64,000 nucleotides of DNA, taken from Candidatus Oleihabitans oleiphilus (GTDB lineage: Bacteria > Atribacterota > Phoenicimicrobiia > Phoenicimicrobiales > Stramentimicrobiaceae). The stretch is from contig JAGPKD010000001.1 in assembly GCA_018054125.1 (NCBI GenBank), forward strand, positions 27,147 through 91,146, in the 5' to 3' direction. The position numbers and the translations under genes were made by a program. The notes beneath the pieces are model-generated. The model was not told where the DNA came from, did no database searches, and saw only the letters and a list, made by a program, of their open reading frames with translations. Of the stretch, positions 31,574 through 40,928 are shown piece after piece (within the stretch, counting starts at the first letter, position 1; the number at the start of each line of letters is the position of its first letter).

Positions 31574-32386
31574 ATGTTAAATATATTAAGCACTCTTCAC
31601 CCGCTAATACAGGCTTTAATGGCCGGGATTTTCACCTGGGGCATGACTGCCTTAGGTGCAAGTATGGTCTTTTTAACCAGGGAAGTGAATCGTAAGTTAC
31701 TCGATACTATGTTAGGATTTGCAGCCGGTGTTATGATAGCGGCCAGTTACTGGTCACTTTTGGCACCAGCCATCGCTATGGCGGAAGAAGGGCCACTGCC
31801 AGCCTGGGTTCCGGCAGCTGTTGGTTTTTTGCTGGGAGGGATTTTCTTAAGAGGAATTGATGCCGTATTACCTCACCTCCATGTTGGTTTACCTACCAGA
31901 GAAGTAGAAGGAGTTCCTACTAGCTGGCAGAGAAGCACGCTGCTTATCCTGGCAGTCACTTTACACAATATTCCAGAAGGTCTGGCAGTGGGGGTAGCTT
32001 TCGGCGCAGTAGCTGCCGATTTACCCACTTCCTCTCTTTCTGCAGCCATGGCCTTAGCCATCGGTATTGGCCTACAAAATTTTCCAGAAGGGACGGCTAT
32101 CTCTATGCCCTTAAGAGGAGAGGGTATGTCTGCTAAGAAAAGTTTCTACTATGGACAACTTTCAGGGATTGTAGAACCTATCTTCTGTATGATTGGTGTT
32201 TCAGCCGTTTTAATTGCCCGCTCTATTCTGCCCTATGCCCTGGCTTTTGCCGCCGGTGCTATGATATTTGTGGTGGTAGAAGAATTAATACCTGAATCAC
32301 AGCAGAGAGGTCATTCCGACCTGGCTACTATGGGGGTAATGGTTGGCTTTACCATCATGATGATTCTGGATGTATCCTTAGGCTAA
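31574..32386 (+). CDS. ZIP-family metal (zinc) transporter, ZupT-like
   Basis: [10 protein letters not shown] and NFPEGTA signature motifs, 8 TM segments. Confidence 0.75.
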   Translation: MLNILSTLHPLIQALMAGIFTWGMTALGASMVFLTREVNRKLLDTMLGFAAGVMIAASYWSLLAPAIAMAEEGPLPAWVPAAVGFLLGGIFLRGIDAVLPHLHVGLPTREVEGVPTSWQRSTLLILAVTLHNIPEGLAVGVAFGAVAADLPTSSLSAAMALAIGIGLQNFPEGTAISMPLRGEGMSAKKSFYYGQLSGIVEPIFCMIGVSAVLIARSILPYALAFAAGAMIFVVVEELIPESQQRGHSDLATMGVMVGFTIMMILDVSLG

Positions 32387-32620
32387 AATTATTTATTACT
32401 CCCTATAAGCAGCATTTTGCCCTTAACATTAATTTATTTTTCTTTTTCCCACCTATGACGCATAAAGCACCTTTAAGATTTGATTTTCAATATTTAGTGT
32501 GCTAAAATTATGCACTACAGCAAAAATATATAAAATAGTGCTTTTAAAAATAGAACATAATTTTTTAAATAAGGAATAATATAGTTATCAGTTTGCAGTT
32601 AACTGTTTTCAGATAAAAGA

Positions 32621-32878
32621 TGCCGGTATAAGTGAATGAGATTGCTTCGTCGCTTTGCTCCTCGCAATGACAAAAAGAATATATCGTTTAACGTATAAGG
32701 TATATCGTTAAAATTAGTCGCTGGTTGTTAGTCGTTAGTATCTGGCATTTAGTTTGCCTATTACTTATTACTGGTTACTTATTACTGGATTGGCTCTTCG
32801 CAATGACAAAATGGTATACCGTATAACGTATAACGTATATCGTTTAAATTCAGTTGCTAGTCAGAAGTTATTTCAGGG
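32621..32878 (+). repeat. family A element, copy A4 (full length), upstream of the GGDEF gene
   Basis: Near-identical to A5, starting tgccggtataagtgaatgagattgcttcgtcgctttgctcctcgcaatgacaaaa. Confidence 0.85.
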
Positions 32879-32913
32879 GTTATCAAGGGGAAGGATTCCC
32901 CTTGAACATCTTG
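32872..32913 (+). repeat. family B hairpin fused to the 3' end of A4
   Basis: ttcaggggttatcaaggggaaggattccccttgaacatcttg. Confidence 0.8.
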
Positions 32914-32946
32914 TAGTATAGGAATTTCAAAAAATTTCGATACTGC
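32914..32946. repeat. family D palindrome
   Basis: tagtataggaatttcaaaaaatttcgatactg. Confidence 0.8.
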
Positions 32947-32998
32947 AAGATAATATAAATATTATCTACTAAATAAGTAACAATATATTTTGTTTTTA

Positions 32999-33043
32999 AT
33001 TCAGGGGATTTCAAGGGGAAGGATTCCCCTTGAACATCTTGTA
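32999..33043 (+). repeat. family B hairpin, 27 nt upstream of the GGDEF gene start
   Basis: ttcaggggatttcaaggggaaggattccccttgaacatcttg. Confidence 0.8.
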
Positions 33044-33073
33044 GTATCTTGTTGTATTTTGGAGGGCTAAATT

Positions 33074-35650
33074 ATGAATATTTGGCATTTACTCCCTTTT
33101 TTGCACTTTAATGACCCTATAGAAGAAGTAGAAATTAAGAAGAAAGAAGAACTCTTTCCAAAGACTCAGGAAGAAGCTACCAATTTATTTCAAAACAGCC
33201 CCCTGGCCGGAATATATCATGATGAAAAGGGAATTATTCTGAATATAAATAAAAAGTTCACTGAATTATTTGGTTACACTTTGGATGAGCTTAAAGGAAA
33301 AAATATCAATGAAGGAATGATTTTTCCTGAAAAAGAAACGGTTAGGGAAAGTAAACAGCTGACTAAAATGGCTCTTGCTGGAGAAGAAATTAAATATAAA
33401 ACCATTCGCAAAAAGAAAGATGGAACACTCCTACCCGTTATTATTACCGTTGCTGCAGTTATTAAAGAAGGTGAAAATAAAACCATTGTAGCCTTTTACC
33501 AGGATATTAGCCAAGAGCAAGCAATGTTAGAAAGATTAGCGGAAAGTGAAAGAAAATACCACAGGCTTTTTAATGATATGCCCGCCACTTATTATCAAGC
33601 AGATAGGGATGGAAATATTATAGCAATGAATCCCTACGGGGTTAAACTATTAGAATACCAATCGGAAGAAGAGATTATCGGAAAAAACATTGCTCGAGAT
33701 CTCTACTATAAACCTGAGGATAGAACAAAGTTTTTAGCAGCCTTAAAAAATAAGGGAGGGATAATCAAAGATTATGAGGTTATTTTAAAAAATAAAGAGG
33801 GAGTTCCTATCATTGTTTCCACTAATAGCCAATATTATTACCATGAATCTGGAGAATTGTTAGGGGTAGAAGGTATTTTTGTAGATATAACAGAACGGAA
33901 AAAACAAGAAGAGACTTTACGTAAGAGTCAGCAAGAATTTAGGAGTCTATTTAAAAGTAGTTCGGAGGCTTTAGATTATCTGGACAGAAATGGCAAGATT
34001 ATAGATATAAATCCTCGTTTTAGCGAGCTTTTTGGTTATACTTTAGAAGAAATTAAAGGAAGATATATTGATGACGGGATGATTCATCCACCTGATAAAA
34101 TAGAAGAAGGGAGAAAATTAGTAAGCAAGGCCTTATCCAGTGGTTATCGAAATTATGAGACCATAAGGAAGAAAAAAGATGGAACTTTATTTCCAGTTTC
34201 TATTTCCGGCTCCCCGGTTATTGTTAATGGAGAAGTAATAGGTACCTTGGGAAATTATATAGACATTTCGGAACGTAAGCGTAATGAATTAATACAACAA
34301 GTTTTGTATAATATTTCTAAAGCTACCAATTCTACAATTTCCCTGAACTCTCTTTACCGTATTATTCACCAAGAGTTAAGTAAACTAATTGATACCACTA
34401 ATTTTTATATAGCCCTATTAGATAAGGAGAAAGGGGGAATTTATTTTCCATACAATGTGGATGAATTCCAGCGAATTCATCATTCCCGACCACTTGACCA
34501 CCATTCTCTCATAGCCTATCTATTTAAAACTGGGAAACCTATTCTTGTTAATCAGAAAATTATCCACAAGAACCCTGTATTTAAAAAATATGAGGAATGG
34601 TTTGGTAGCCAGCGCCAGTCCTGGCTTGGTGTTCCTCTTAAAATTGAAGGAGAAACCATAGGGGCTCTGGTGGTTCAAAGTTATAAAAAGTCTGCCCAAT
34701 ATAATGAGGAAGATATTAAGATAATGGAGATAGTTTCCTCCCAGGTTTCCATCGCTATTAAGCGAAAACAGGATGAAGAAGCCTTACAAAAAAGCCAGCA
34801 GGAATTTGCCAGTCTCTTCCAGAGCCATTCTGAAGCCTTGCTTTATGTTGATGAGAAAGGGACCATTTTAGATATCAACAAACGTTTTAGCGAGCTTTTT
34901 GGCTATAACTTAGAAGAGATCAAAGGGAAAAATATTAATTGTGGAATTATCCATCCCCCTGAGAAAATAGAGGAAGGAAAAGAGATTGACCAAAAAGCAC
35001 TTTCTTCAGGTTATGTGCAATTGGAGACCATCCGAAAAAAGAAAGATGGTACCATATTTCCAGTCTTGATATCGGGTTCCACGGTCTTTATTGATGGAAA
35101 AGCCTGTGGAATTATTTGTACTTATATAGATATTAGCGAAAGAAAAAAATTTGAAGAACAATTAGAGAAATTATCACGCGTCGATAGTTTGACCGGCTGT
35201 TACAATCGTAGATATGGTTTGGAATTGCTAGAACAGCAAATAAAATTAGCCCAGCGTCTTAAGTCACCCCTATTAATAGCTTTTTTAGATATCGATAACT
35301 TTAAAGCAATTAATGATAATTTTGGACATCAGGAGGGAGACAAAATCTTAATAGAAGTCGGCAATCTATTAAAATCCACCTTAAGGGAGGTTGATGTCAT
35401 CTGCCGTATAGGAGGAGATGAGTTCCTGCTTGCCTTCCCGGATACCTCTATCCAGGAGGCTCCCCTGATCAGAAGTAGACTGGAGGAAAAATTAGTTCCC
35501 TTAAACCGTAAAATAAGCAAAGGCTATCAAATTCAATTCAGCATGGGCTTTGTGGAACATTTACCAGGAGCAGCAAAGCCTCTGGATAAACTGATAACTA
35601 TAGCTGACCAGAGGATGTATGAGGATAAGAAGAAAAAGAAAAAACTATGA
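33074..35650 (+). CDS. diguanylate cyclase with three PAS domains, a GAF domain and a C-terminal GGDEF domain
   Basis: GGDEF active site RIGGDEFLLAF with an upstream I-site RxxD. Three paralogous PAS modules each carry FSELFGY.LEEIKG. A GAF domain lies between them and the GGDEF domain. Confidence 0.85.
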   Translation: MNIWHLLPFLHFNDPIEEVEIKKKEELFPKTQEEATNLFQNSPLAGIYHDEKGIILNINKKFTELFGYTLDELKGKNINEGMIFPEKETVRESKQLTKMALAGEEIKYKTIRKKKDGTLLPVIITVAAVIKEGENKTIVAFYQDISQEQAMLERLAESERKYHRLFNDMPATYYQADRDGNIIAMNPYGVKLLEYQSEEEIIGKNIARDLYYKPEDRTKFLAALKNKGGIIKDYEVILKNKEGVPIIVSTNSQYYYHESGELLGVEGIFVDITERKKQEETLRKSQQEFRSLFKSSSEALDYLDRNGKIIDINPRFSELFGYTLEEIKGRYIDDGMIHPPDKIEEGRKLVSKALSSGYRNYETIRKKKDGTLFPVSISGSPVIVNGEVIGTLGNYIDISERKRNELIQQVLYNISKATNSTISLNSLYRIIHQELSKLIDTTNFYIALLDKEKGGIYFPYNVDEFQRIHHSRPLDHHSLIAYLFKTGKPILVNQKIIHKNPVFKKYEEWFGSQRQSWLGVPLKIEGETIGALVVQSYKKSAQYNEEDIKIMEIVSSQVSIAIKRKQDEEALQKSQQEFASLFQSHSEALLYVDEKGTILDINKRFSELFGYNLEEIKGKNINCGIIHPPEKIEEGKEIDQKALSSGYVQLETIRKKKDGTIFPVLISGSTVFIDGKACGIICTYIDISERKKFEEQLEKLSRVDSLTGCYNRRYGLELLEQQIKLAQRLKSPLLIAFLDIDNFKAINDNFGHQEGDKILIEVGNLLKSTLREVDVICRIGGDEFLLAFPDTSIQEAPLIRSRLEEKLVPLNRKISKGYQIQFSMGFVEHLPGAAKPLDKLITIADQRMYEDKKKKKKL

Positions 35651-35677
35651 ACCAATAACTTAAAACTTTTTATAATA

Positions 35678-35920
35678 CTGCCGGTATAAGTGAATGAGAT
35701 TGCTTCGTCGCTTTGCTCCTCGCAATGACAAAAAGAATATATCGTTTAACGTATAAGGTATCTCGTTAAAATTAGTCGTTGGTCGTTAGTATCTGGCATT
35801 TAGTTTGCTTATTACTGGTTACTTATTACTGAATTGGCTCCTCGCAATGACAAAATGGTATATCGTATTACGTATAACGTATATCGTTTAAATACAGTTG
35901 CTAGCCGGAAGTTATTTCAG
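35678..35920 (+). repeat. family A element, copy A5 (full length), upstream of the HD-GYP gene
   Basis: Near-identical to A4. Confidence 0.85.
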
Positions 35921-35950
35921 GGGTTTCAGGGGAATCTTCCCCTGAATATT
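35916..35950 (+). repeat. family B hairpin, 30 nt upstream of the HD-GYP gene start
   Basis: ttcaggggtttcaggggaatcttcccctgaatattc. Confidence 0.8.
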
Positions 35951-35979
35951 CTATTTTCTATTGGAGATGTAATAATCAG

Positions 35980-37470
35980 ATGGAAAAAATTTTAACAAAA
36001 GAGAAAGAATTTCAATATAGTCTACTGGAAGAAGCACCAGTGTATTTTGTGGCTATTAACACCGATGGCAGCACCCGTTTTATGAATAAAACTATGCTTA
36101 AGGCCTTAGGATACCAGAGAGAGGAAGTGTTAAATAAAGATTATCTGAAACAGTTTGTCCCTCTCAGGCAACGCAATATGGTACAAAATATATTTTCCAG
36201 ACTACAGAAAAATAATTCCCCTACCCAGAATGAGAATATAGTTCTTACTAAAGAAGGAAAAGAATTATTAGTTAGGTGGTATGGGAAGCAGATTTATAAT
36301 GAATCCGGGGATTTTCACTACCTTATTGGTGTGGGTATTGATGTAACTGAGCAAAAAGCAAAGGAAAAGAAAATAGAGATGTTTCATATCAAGGAAAGAG
36401 AATGGAATAATCTGATTTCTATGGAACAGGAAATGGTGCTCAATTTGATCTCCGAAAAGGATTTCACCTCGAAATTAAGGCGAGTATTAGAATTTATCTC
36501 CAAAATTATACCTCATGATGGCTCTGACATTTCTTTGCTGGAAAATAACCAGTTACGGGTAATTGCTATTCATGGTTATAAAGAACCATCTGGCCAGAGT
36601 ATTGTTCAGAATCTAAGGCAAAATCTGGATAAGTTTCCGATAGATAAAGAGGTCATTGAAAATAAAAAGACAATAATAATTTCTGAGGTACTTAAAGATT
36701 CTCGCTGGATCATAATTCCAGGGTTGGAATGGATTCGTTCTGGTATGAAAATCCCCTTTATTTTTGAAGGGAAGGTGCTGGGTACCTTAGGTATCGTAAG
36801 TGAAAAACCTTGTGCCTTTAACGAGAAAAGTATAAAAAAGATAGAGAGTTTTGTGTCTGGTCTCGCCATTGCTATTCATAATTACCAGGATTATTGCCAG
36901 TTACATAAGAACAAGAATGATATTATTTATGCTATAACTAAATTAGTGGAAATTAGAGACCCTTATACTGCCGGTCATCAGGAAGGGGTAGCCAATCTTG
37001 CCACTGCCATTGCCCGGGAGATAGGACTGGCCAAAGAGGTTATTGAATCGATCAGAATTGCCTCCTTGGTTCATGATATTGGGAAAATCAATGTGCCTTC
37101 TGAAATATTGAACAAACCCAGCCATTTAAATGAGGTGGAGTATAACCTGGTTAAAAATCACCCACAATTGGGTTATGATATTCTAAAGGAGATATCTTTT
37201 GACTTTCCTATTGCTGAGATTGTCCATCAACATCATGAAAAAATTAATGGTAGTGGTTATCCTCAGGGTTTAAAGGGGGAGCAAATTTTGTTAGAAGCTC
37301 GCATAATCTGTGTAGCGGATGTCTTCAATGCCATGGCTTCACATCGTCCTTATCGGGCGGCGCTGGGTATTGAGGTAGCAAAAGAGGAATTATTAAAAAA
37401 CAGAGGCGTCCTCTATGACCCTCAAGTTGTTGATGCTTGCCTGAAAGTTCTCGAGAAAGGGCAAGGGTGA
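35980..37470 (+). CDS. PAS-GAF-HD-GYP c-di-GMP phosphodiesterase
   Basis: HD motif (LVHDIGK) and HHEKINGSGYP (GYP). Confidence 0.8.
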   Translation: MEKILTKEKEFQYSLLEEAPVYFVAINTDGSTRFMNKTMLKALGYQREEVLNKDYLKQFVPLRQRNMVQNIFSRLQKNNSPTQNENIVLTKEGKELLVRWYGKQIYNESGDFHYLIGVGIDVTEQKAKEKKIEMFHIKEREWNNLISMEQEMVLNLISEKDFTSKLRRVLEFISKIIPHDGSDISLLENNQLRVIAIHGYKEPSGQSIVQNLRQNLDKFPIDKEVIENKKTIIISEVLKDSRWIIIPGLEWIRSGMKIPFIFEGKVLGTLGIVSEKPCAFNEKSIKKIESFVSGLAIAIHNYQDYCQLHKNKNDIIYAITKLVEIRDPYTAGHQEGVANLATAIAREIGLAKEVIESIRIASLVHDIGKINVPSEILNKPSHLNEVEYNLVKNHPQLGYDILKEISFDFPIAEIVHQHHEKINGSGYPQGLKGEQILLEARIICVADVFNAMASHRPYRAALGIEVAKEELLKNRGVLYDPQVVDACLKVLEKGQG

Positions 37471-37505
37471 GGGAGTGGTGAGGGTGATAAATTATTACTT
37501 TAAGG
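37463..37505. repeat. family C half-unit, overlapping the stop of the HD-GYP gene
   Basis: aagggtgagggagtggtgagggtgataaattattactttaagg. Confidence 0.6.
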
Positions 37506-37517
37506 TTTTATATAGAG

Positions 37518-38654
37518 ATGAAAAAATTCCTGAAAAAATCAGCAGTATTACCCCAAAAAAATAAGGCTGACCAGGTCCTAATTAATAATAAAAAGAATAA
37601 AAAGAAGAATAAGGCTCAAAGTAAGATAAGCACTCAGAACTTTTCATCAGAAGAACGGCTAAGAAAGTTGGAAGAGAGGTTTCTGCAGGGACGCCAGGAG
37701 TATCTCAATCTTTTTAGAGAAAGCCCGGTAGCACTTGTTTACACTGATATTGATGGAATTGTTCGGTATGCAAACCGTTGTTTTGAAGAGCTTACTGGCT
37801 TTTTGGAAGAGGAGCTAAAAGGCCAGTCCCTGGCTTATTGTTTAAAACCTGAAGACCATACTTTTTTGAAAACAAACAATAATACCTCTTTTGAAACAGT
37901 AGTCTCTCGAAGTGATAATACCCGTCTGCTGGCACTGATTAATAGAACTTACAATCAAGTTGATAACCGCCTGGCCGGTATGATATTTTCTTTCCAGGAT
38001 ATCTCCTTTCTGAAGAAAGAGCGAAGAATAAGGCAAACATTGTACCAGATATCTCAATTAACTCATTCGGACTTACCACTACCAGAAATATATCCCCTGG
38101 TCCATGAACAGCTAAAGAAGATTATAGTAGCCACCAATTTCTATATTGCACTCTGGGATAGTAAACAGCAACAATTTAACTTTCCGTACTATACTGATGA
38201 GGCTTCCGGGAATGATGAATTGTTTATCCAAAATTATAGTACTACTCAGAGTATCTTCCATTATGTTTTGAAAATTGGGAAACCAGTACTTATGGATTTC
38301 CAGCGCTATCGTAAGATGTTATCTTTTGGATATATCCAGCCCTGGGATGTGATGACCAATACTCACCTCTGGCTGGCGGTACCATTAAAACTGGAGCATA
38401 AAATTAGGGGGGTGCTGGCTTTACAGAGTTATAATAATGCCCGACTATATAGCGAAAGGGATATTGACTTACTGGAATTTGTAGCCCAGCAACTGTCTGG
38501 AGCAATATACCGCAAAGAAAAAGAGGAAGAGTTAGCAAGTATTGATCAAAAAATTGATCAAAAAAAAGAATATATTAGTAATCCGGAAAGGGTTTCAAAA
38601 AGGCAATTTTACCCAACTGAGCACAAGGATTTTTATAATCCGGGCGCAAGATAA
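37518..38654 (+). CDS. PAS-GAF sensor protein without recognisable output domain, with a K/N-rich N-terminus
   Basis: The PAS region is similar to those of the neighbouring DGC. The GAF-like region is IALWDSKQQQFNFPYY...LWLAVPL. Confidence 0.55.
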   Translation: MKKFLKKSAVLPQKNKADQVLINNKKNKKKNKAQSKISTQNFSSEERLRKLEERFLQGRQEYLNLFRESPVALVYTDIDGIVRYANRCFEELTGFLEEELKGQSLAYCLKPEDHTFLKTNNNTSFETVVSRSDNTRLLALINRTYNQVDNRLAGMIFSFQDISFLKKERRIRQTLYQISQLTHSDLPLPEIYPLVHEQLKKIIVATNFYIALWDSKQQQFNFPYYTDEASGNDELFIQNYSTTQSIFHYVLKIGKPVLMDFQRYRKMLSFGYIQPWDVMTNTHLWLAVPLKLEHKIRGVLALQSYNNARLYSERDIDLLEFVAQQLSGAIYRKEKEEELASIDQKIDQKKEYISNPERVSKRQFYPTEHKDFYNPGAR

Positions 38655-38755
38655 AGAAAATAGAGAGGATATAGCCAATATAACTAATAAGATAAATAGG
38701 TAAAAATAGATAGGTAACAATAGAAGTGGTACTAGATAGCAGTCCTTTAAGTAGA

Positions 38756-38792
38756 AGAGAAGCTTCTTAGCTATTAGTGCTAAGAAGCTTCT
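38756..38792. other. 15-bp-stem perfect hairpin between convergent genes (terminator-like, no clear U-tract)
   Basis: gagaagcttcttagc-tattagt-gctaagaagcttctc. Confidence 0.5.
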
Positions 38793-39055
38793 CTCAGGTG
38801 GGCCTGGGCTTTGATGCTGGTTAGTTCTCTCTGGATTTCAGTGCAGTATAGAGAATAATAATCACGATTTTGTTGGTTTAGCTCAGTTAAAGTTTTCTGC
38901 ACCATTGCTACCTGTTTAAAAATTTGCTCATAACCTTCTTTCTGAGTAGAAACCAGCTGTTGCATAAATCGGTCAATACGGAAAATCAAAAAGATAGACA
39001 GGGCAATGGGAAAGCCTTGATTGGCAATAATTTCTGATAAATTTGCTAAATCCAT
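38780..39055 (-). CDS. BhlA/UviB-like small holin-like protein (tracked ORF 38780..39178 is N-terminally over-extended; an aaaggaggagaa RBS precedes the Met at 39055)
   Basis: ~90 aa with an N-terminal TM segment (FPIALSIFLIFRI) followed by a coiled-coil tail, as in BhlA/UviB. Confidence 0.45.
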   Translation of the reverse strand: MDLANLSEIIANQGFPIALSIFLIFRIDRFMQQLVSTQKEGYEQIFKQVAMVQKTLTELNQQNRDYYSLYCTEIQRELTSIKAQAHLREAS

Positions 39056-39089
39056 ATCTTTTCTCCTCCTTTCAGTCCGGTATTTATTA

Positions 39090-39473
39090 TTAGCCCTGCC
39101 AGCGGGCAGGTCCGGCAGGGCGGATATCCAGATGCAAAAAATTGCGTTGGGGATAAAACCCAATTCCCGAAAAATCAATCTCCTCAGCTACTTTTAATAA
39201 ATCAACCAGGTTAATTCCTGGCACATAAATATCTGCGGCCATACCCAGGAGATGATAACTATTTTTTACTCCACCTACTTTTAGATTGTATTCTGGACAG
39301 CGGTAACCAGAGGTAATGATTACTGGCTTTTGAATTTTATACCTCAATCCTTTCACTTTTTGTAAAAGAAGCGAATGTAACATTACTTGTTTACAACAGG
39401 GACATTGAAATTCATCAAGATAGAAATGTTCGGCAATTCTAATATGGTTAATGGTATTTTGAATCAACATCAA
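39090..39473 (-). CDS. peptidase M15 (VanY/L-Ala-D-Glu peptidase-like) cell-wall hydrolase, endolysin-like
   Basis: SGYRCPEYN...SYHLLGMAADIYVPG zinc-binding signature of the M15 family. Confidence 0.7.
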   Translation of the reverse strand: MMLIQNTINHIRIAEHFYLDEFQCPCCKQVMLHSLLLQKVKGLRYKIQKPVIITSGYRCPEYNLKVGGVKNSYHLLGMAADIYVPGINLVDLLKVAEEIDFSGIGFYPQRNFLHLDIRPAGPARWQG

Positions 39474-39853
39474 TTATTTTCCTCTATGTTTTGTCTGATA
39501 GCTGCTTCTTTTTGGTAAAAGGCTTTCTTTTTTAACAGGGAATCATAATATTCCCGATTGACCCGATTAATATTGGCTTTCATCATAGCCTGTAATTCTC
39601 TTGTTTCCTGTGCCTTTAAGGTTATCTTCTTATCTTGCAGAATCTCCAGCAGTTTTTTCCAGGCCTCTTCCCATTTCTTATCACCTTGACCGATACCAAA
39701 TTCCTCCTCTGCCCAGAGCATTGCTGTTATTAAGGCCTCTTTGATAGTTTCTGCCCGATCATTGCCTAATTTATTTTTCAGGAAGCCAAATCCAATAGAG
39801 ACTGCAAAAAGTAGTAAACCGTCCAGTAGAAATTTACTGAATAAGCTCTGCAT
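39470..39853 (-). CDS. phage holin, LL-H-like (single N-terminal TM)
   Basis: N-terminal TM segment (LLDGLLLFAVSIGFGF) followed by a charged amphipathic region typical of the Holin_LLH family. It overlaps the M15 gene by 4 bp. Confidence 0.5.
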   Translation of the reverse strand: MQSLFSKFLLDGLLLFAVSIGFGFLKNKLGNDRAETIKEALITAMLWAEEEFGIGQGDKKWEEAWKKLLEILQDKKITLKAQETRELQAMMKANINRVNREYYDSLLKKKAFYQKEAAIRQNIEENN

Positions 39854-40016
39854 TGTCCTTTCTCCTTTCTTTTGTTTAAATGTTTTCCATATTTATTTTT
39901 CATTTTTTAATCTTCTGATTTTTCAGAAAAGACCGGCCGGAACCCCGAAAGGGGGCCCGGCGGTAAAGACATCACATCACCTTTCTGTTTTTTAGAACAG
40001 TGTGCAATTGAAATTA

Positions 40017-40292
40017 TTATGAGACATCCATAACATCAGTAGATTGGTAATCCAGGATGCGGGCATTGACCTTTTCCACCAGGTTATTTCCTTTGTTATG
40101 GAAAATGTTTTTGGCAATAATGGTATCCATCACTGCCTCAATGGCGGCATCCTGAGCCTCAAGGTCAGCATAATCTCCCTCAGCCAGACTTTTAGGATTA
40201 TCCAGGGTTAGATTAACTAAATTACCTTCACTATCTCTGAATTGCATATAGAGTCTCTTATAGCTGGTAACCTCACCAATTGTGGTAGCCAT
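40017..40292 (-). CDS. small protein, DUF2922-like
   Basis: Pattern RLYMQFRDSEGNLVNLTLDNP...IEAVMDTIIAKNIF resembles the DUF2922 family, which is usually paired with DUF1659 in Firmicutes. An aaaggagaaga RBS is present. Confidence 0.4.
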   Translation of the reverse strand: MATTIGEVTSYKRLYMQFRDSEGNLVNLTLDNPKSLAEGDYADLEAQDAAIEAVMDTIIAKNIFHNKGNNLVEKVNARILDYQSTDVMDVS

Positions 40293-40346
40293 AGTCTTCT
40301 CCTTTCTTTATTTTTTAATTTCCAGATTTGATTTTATCAATTTTTA

Positions 40347-40571
40347 CTAAGATGTGAGCTGGTATGATTGATTCAGTCTTATTTCATCCAGGCTGTATTT
40401 CTGTAAGCTAACCAGTTGATTGGCCACATCAAAGATATCCTGCTCGGCTGCCGTATCTTTCACCCGGTTAAAGCTCTTGGTCCGGATAATAGGCTTACTT
40501 GATTCAGGATCAGTACCGGTGACCAATCTTAGTTGTAAAACCGAATCATAAGGGATTACTACTACTGGCAT
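40347..40571 (-). CDS. small protein, DUF1659-like (tracked ORF extends to 40616; an aaggaggtg RBS precedes the Met at 40571)
   Basis: Pattern LQLRLVTGTD...KSFNRVKDTAAEQDIFDVANQLVSLQKY resembles DUF1659. Confidence 0.4.
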   Translation of the reverse strand: MPVVVIPYDSVLQLRLVTGTDPESSKPIIRTKSFNRVKDTAAEQDIFDVANQLVSLQKYSLDEIRLNQSYQLTS

Positions 40572-40872
40572 TTTTGCACCTCCTTTCTTTTTTGATTGCG
40601 TGCTTGCGGGTAACAATTGCTAGAATAGGTTTATAGTTTATAGTTTTTGGTTTTTAGTTTATCGTTTATTTTTTTAGTTATTAATATTAATAAATAGTTA
40701 TCAGTAAAAATGATGGAAGGTGTTTATAAGCGTTAAGCCTAAATACCTACTTTCATTTTTTAAACTGAGAAGTAAAAACAGAAAACTGAGAACTGTTCTT
40801 CTACTTGTAAAAGCAAAAAAGGGGATAAAATACAAAAAGGGAATTAAAAATAACTGTTATACTCATCATCAT

Positions 40873-40928
40873 ATTCCTCTCCCTTAGAAGGGAGAGGTAA
40901 GGTGAGGGTGATAAATATTACCTTAAGG
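40873..40928. repeat. family C unit immediately 3' of the large helicase gene
   Basis: cctctcccttagaagggagaggtaaggtgagggtgataaatattaccttaag. Confidence 0.8.
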
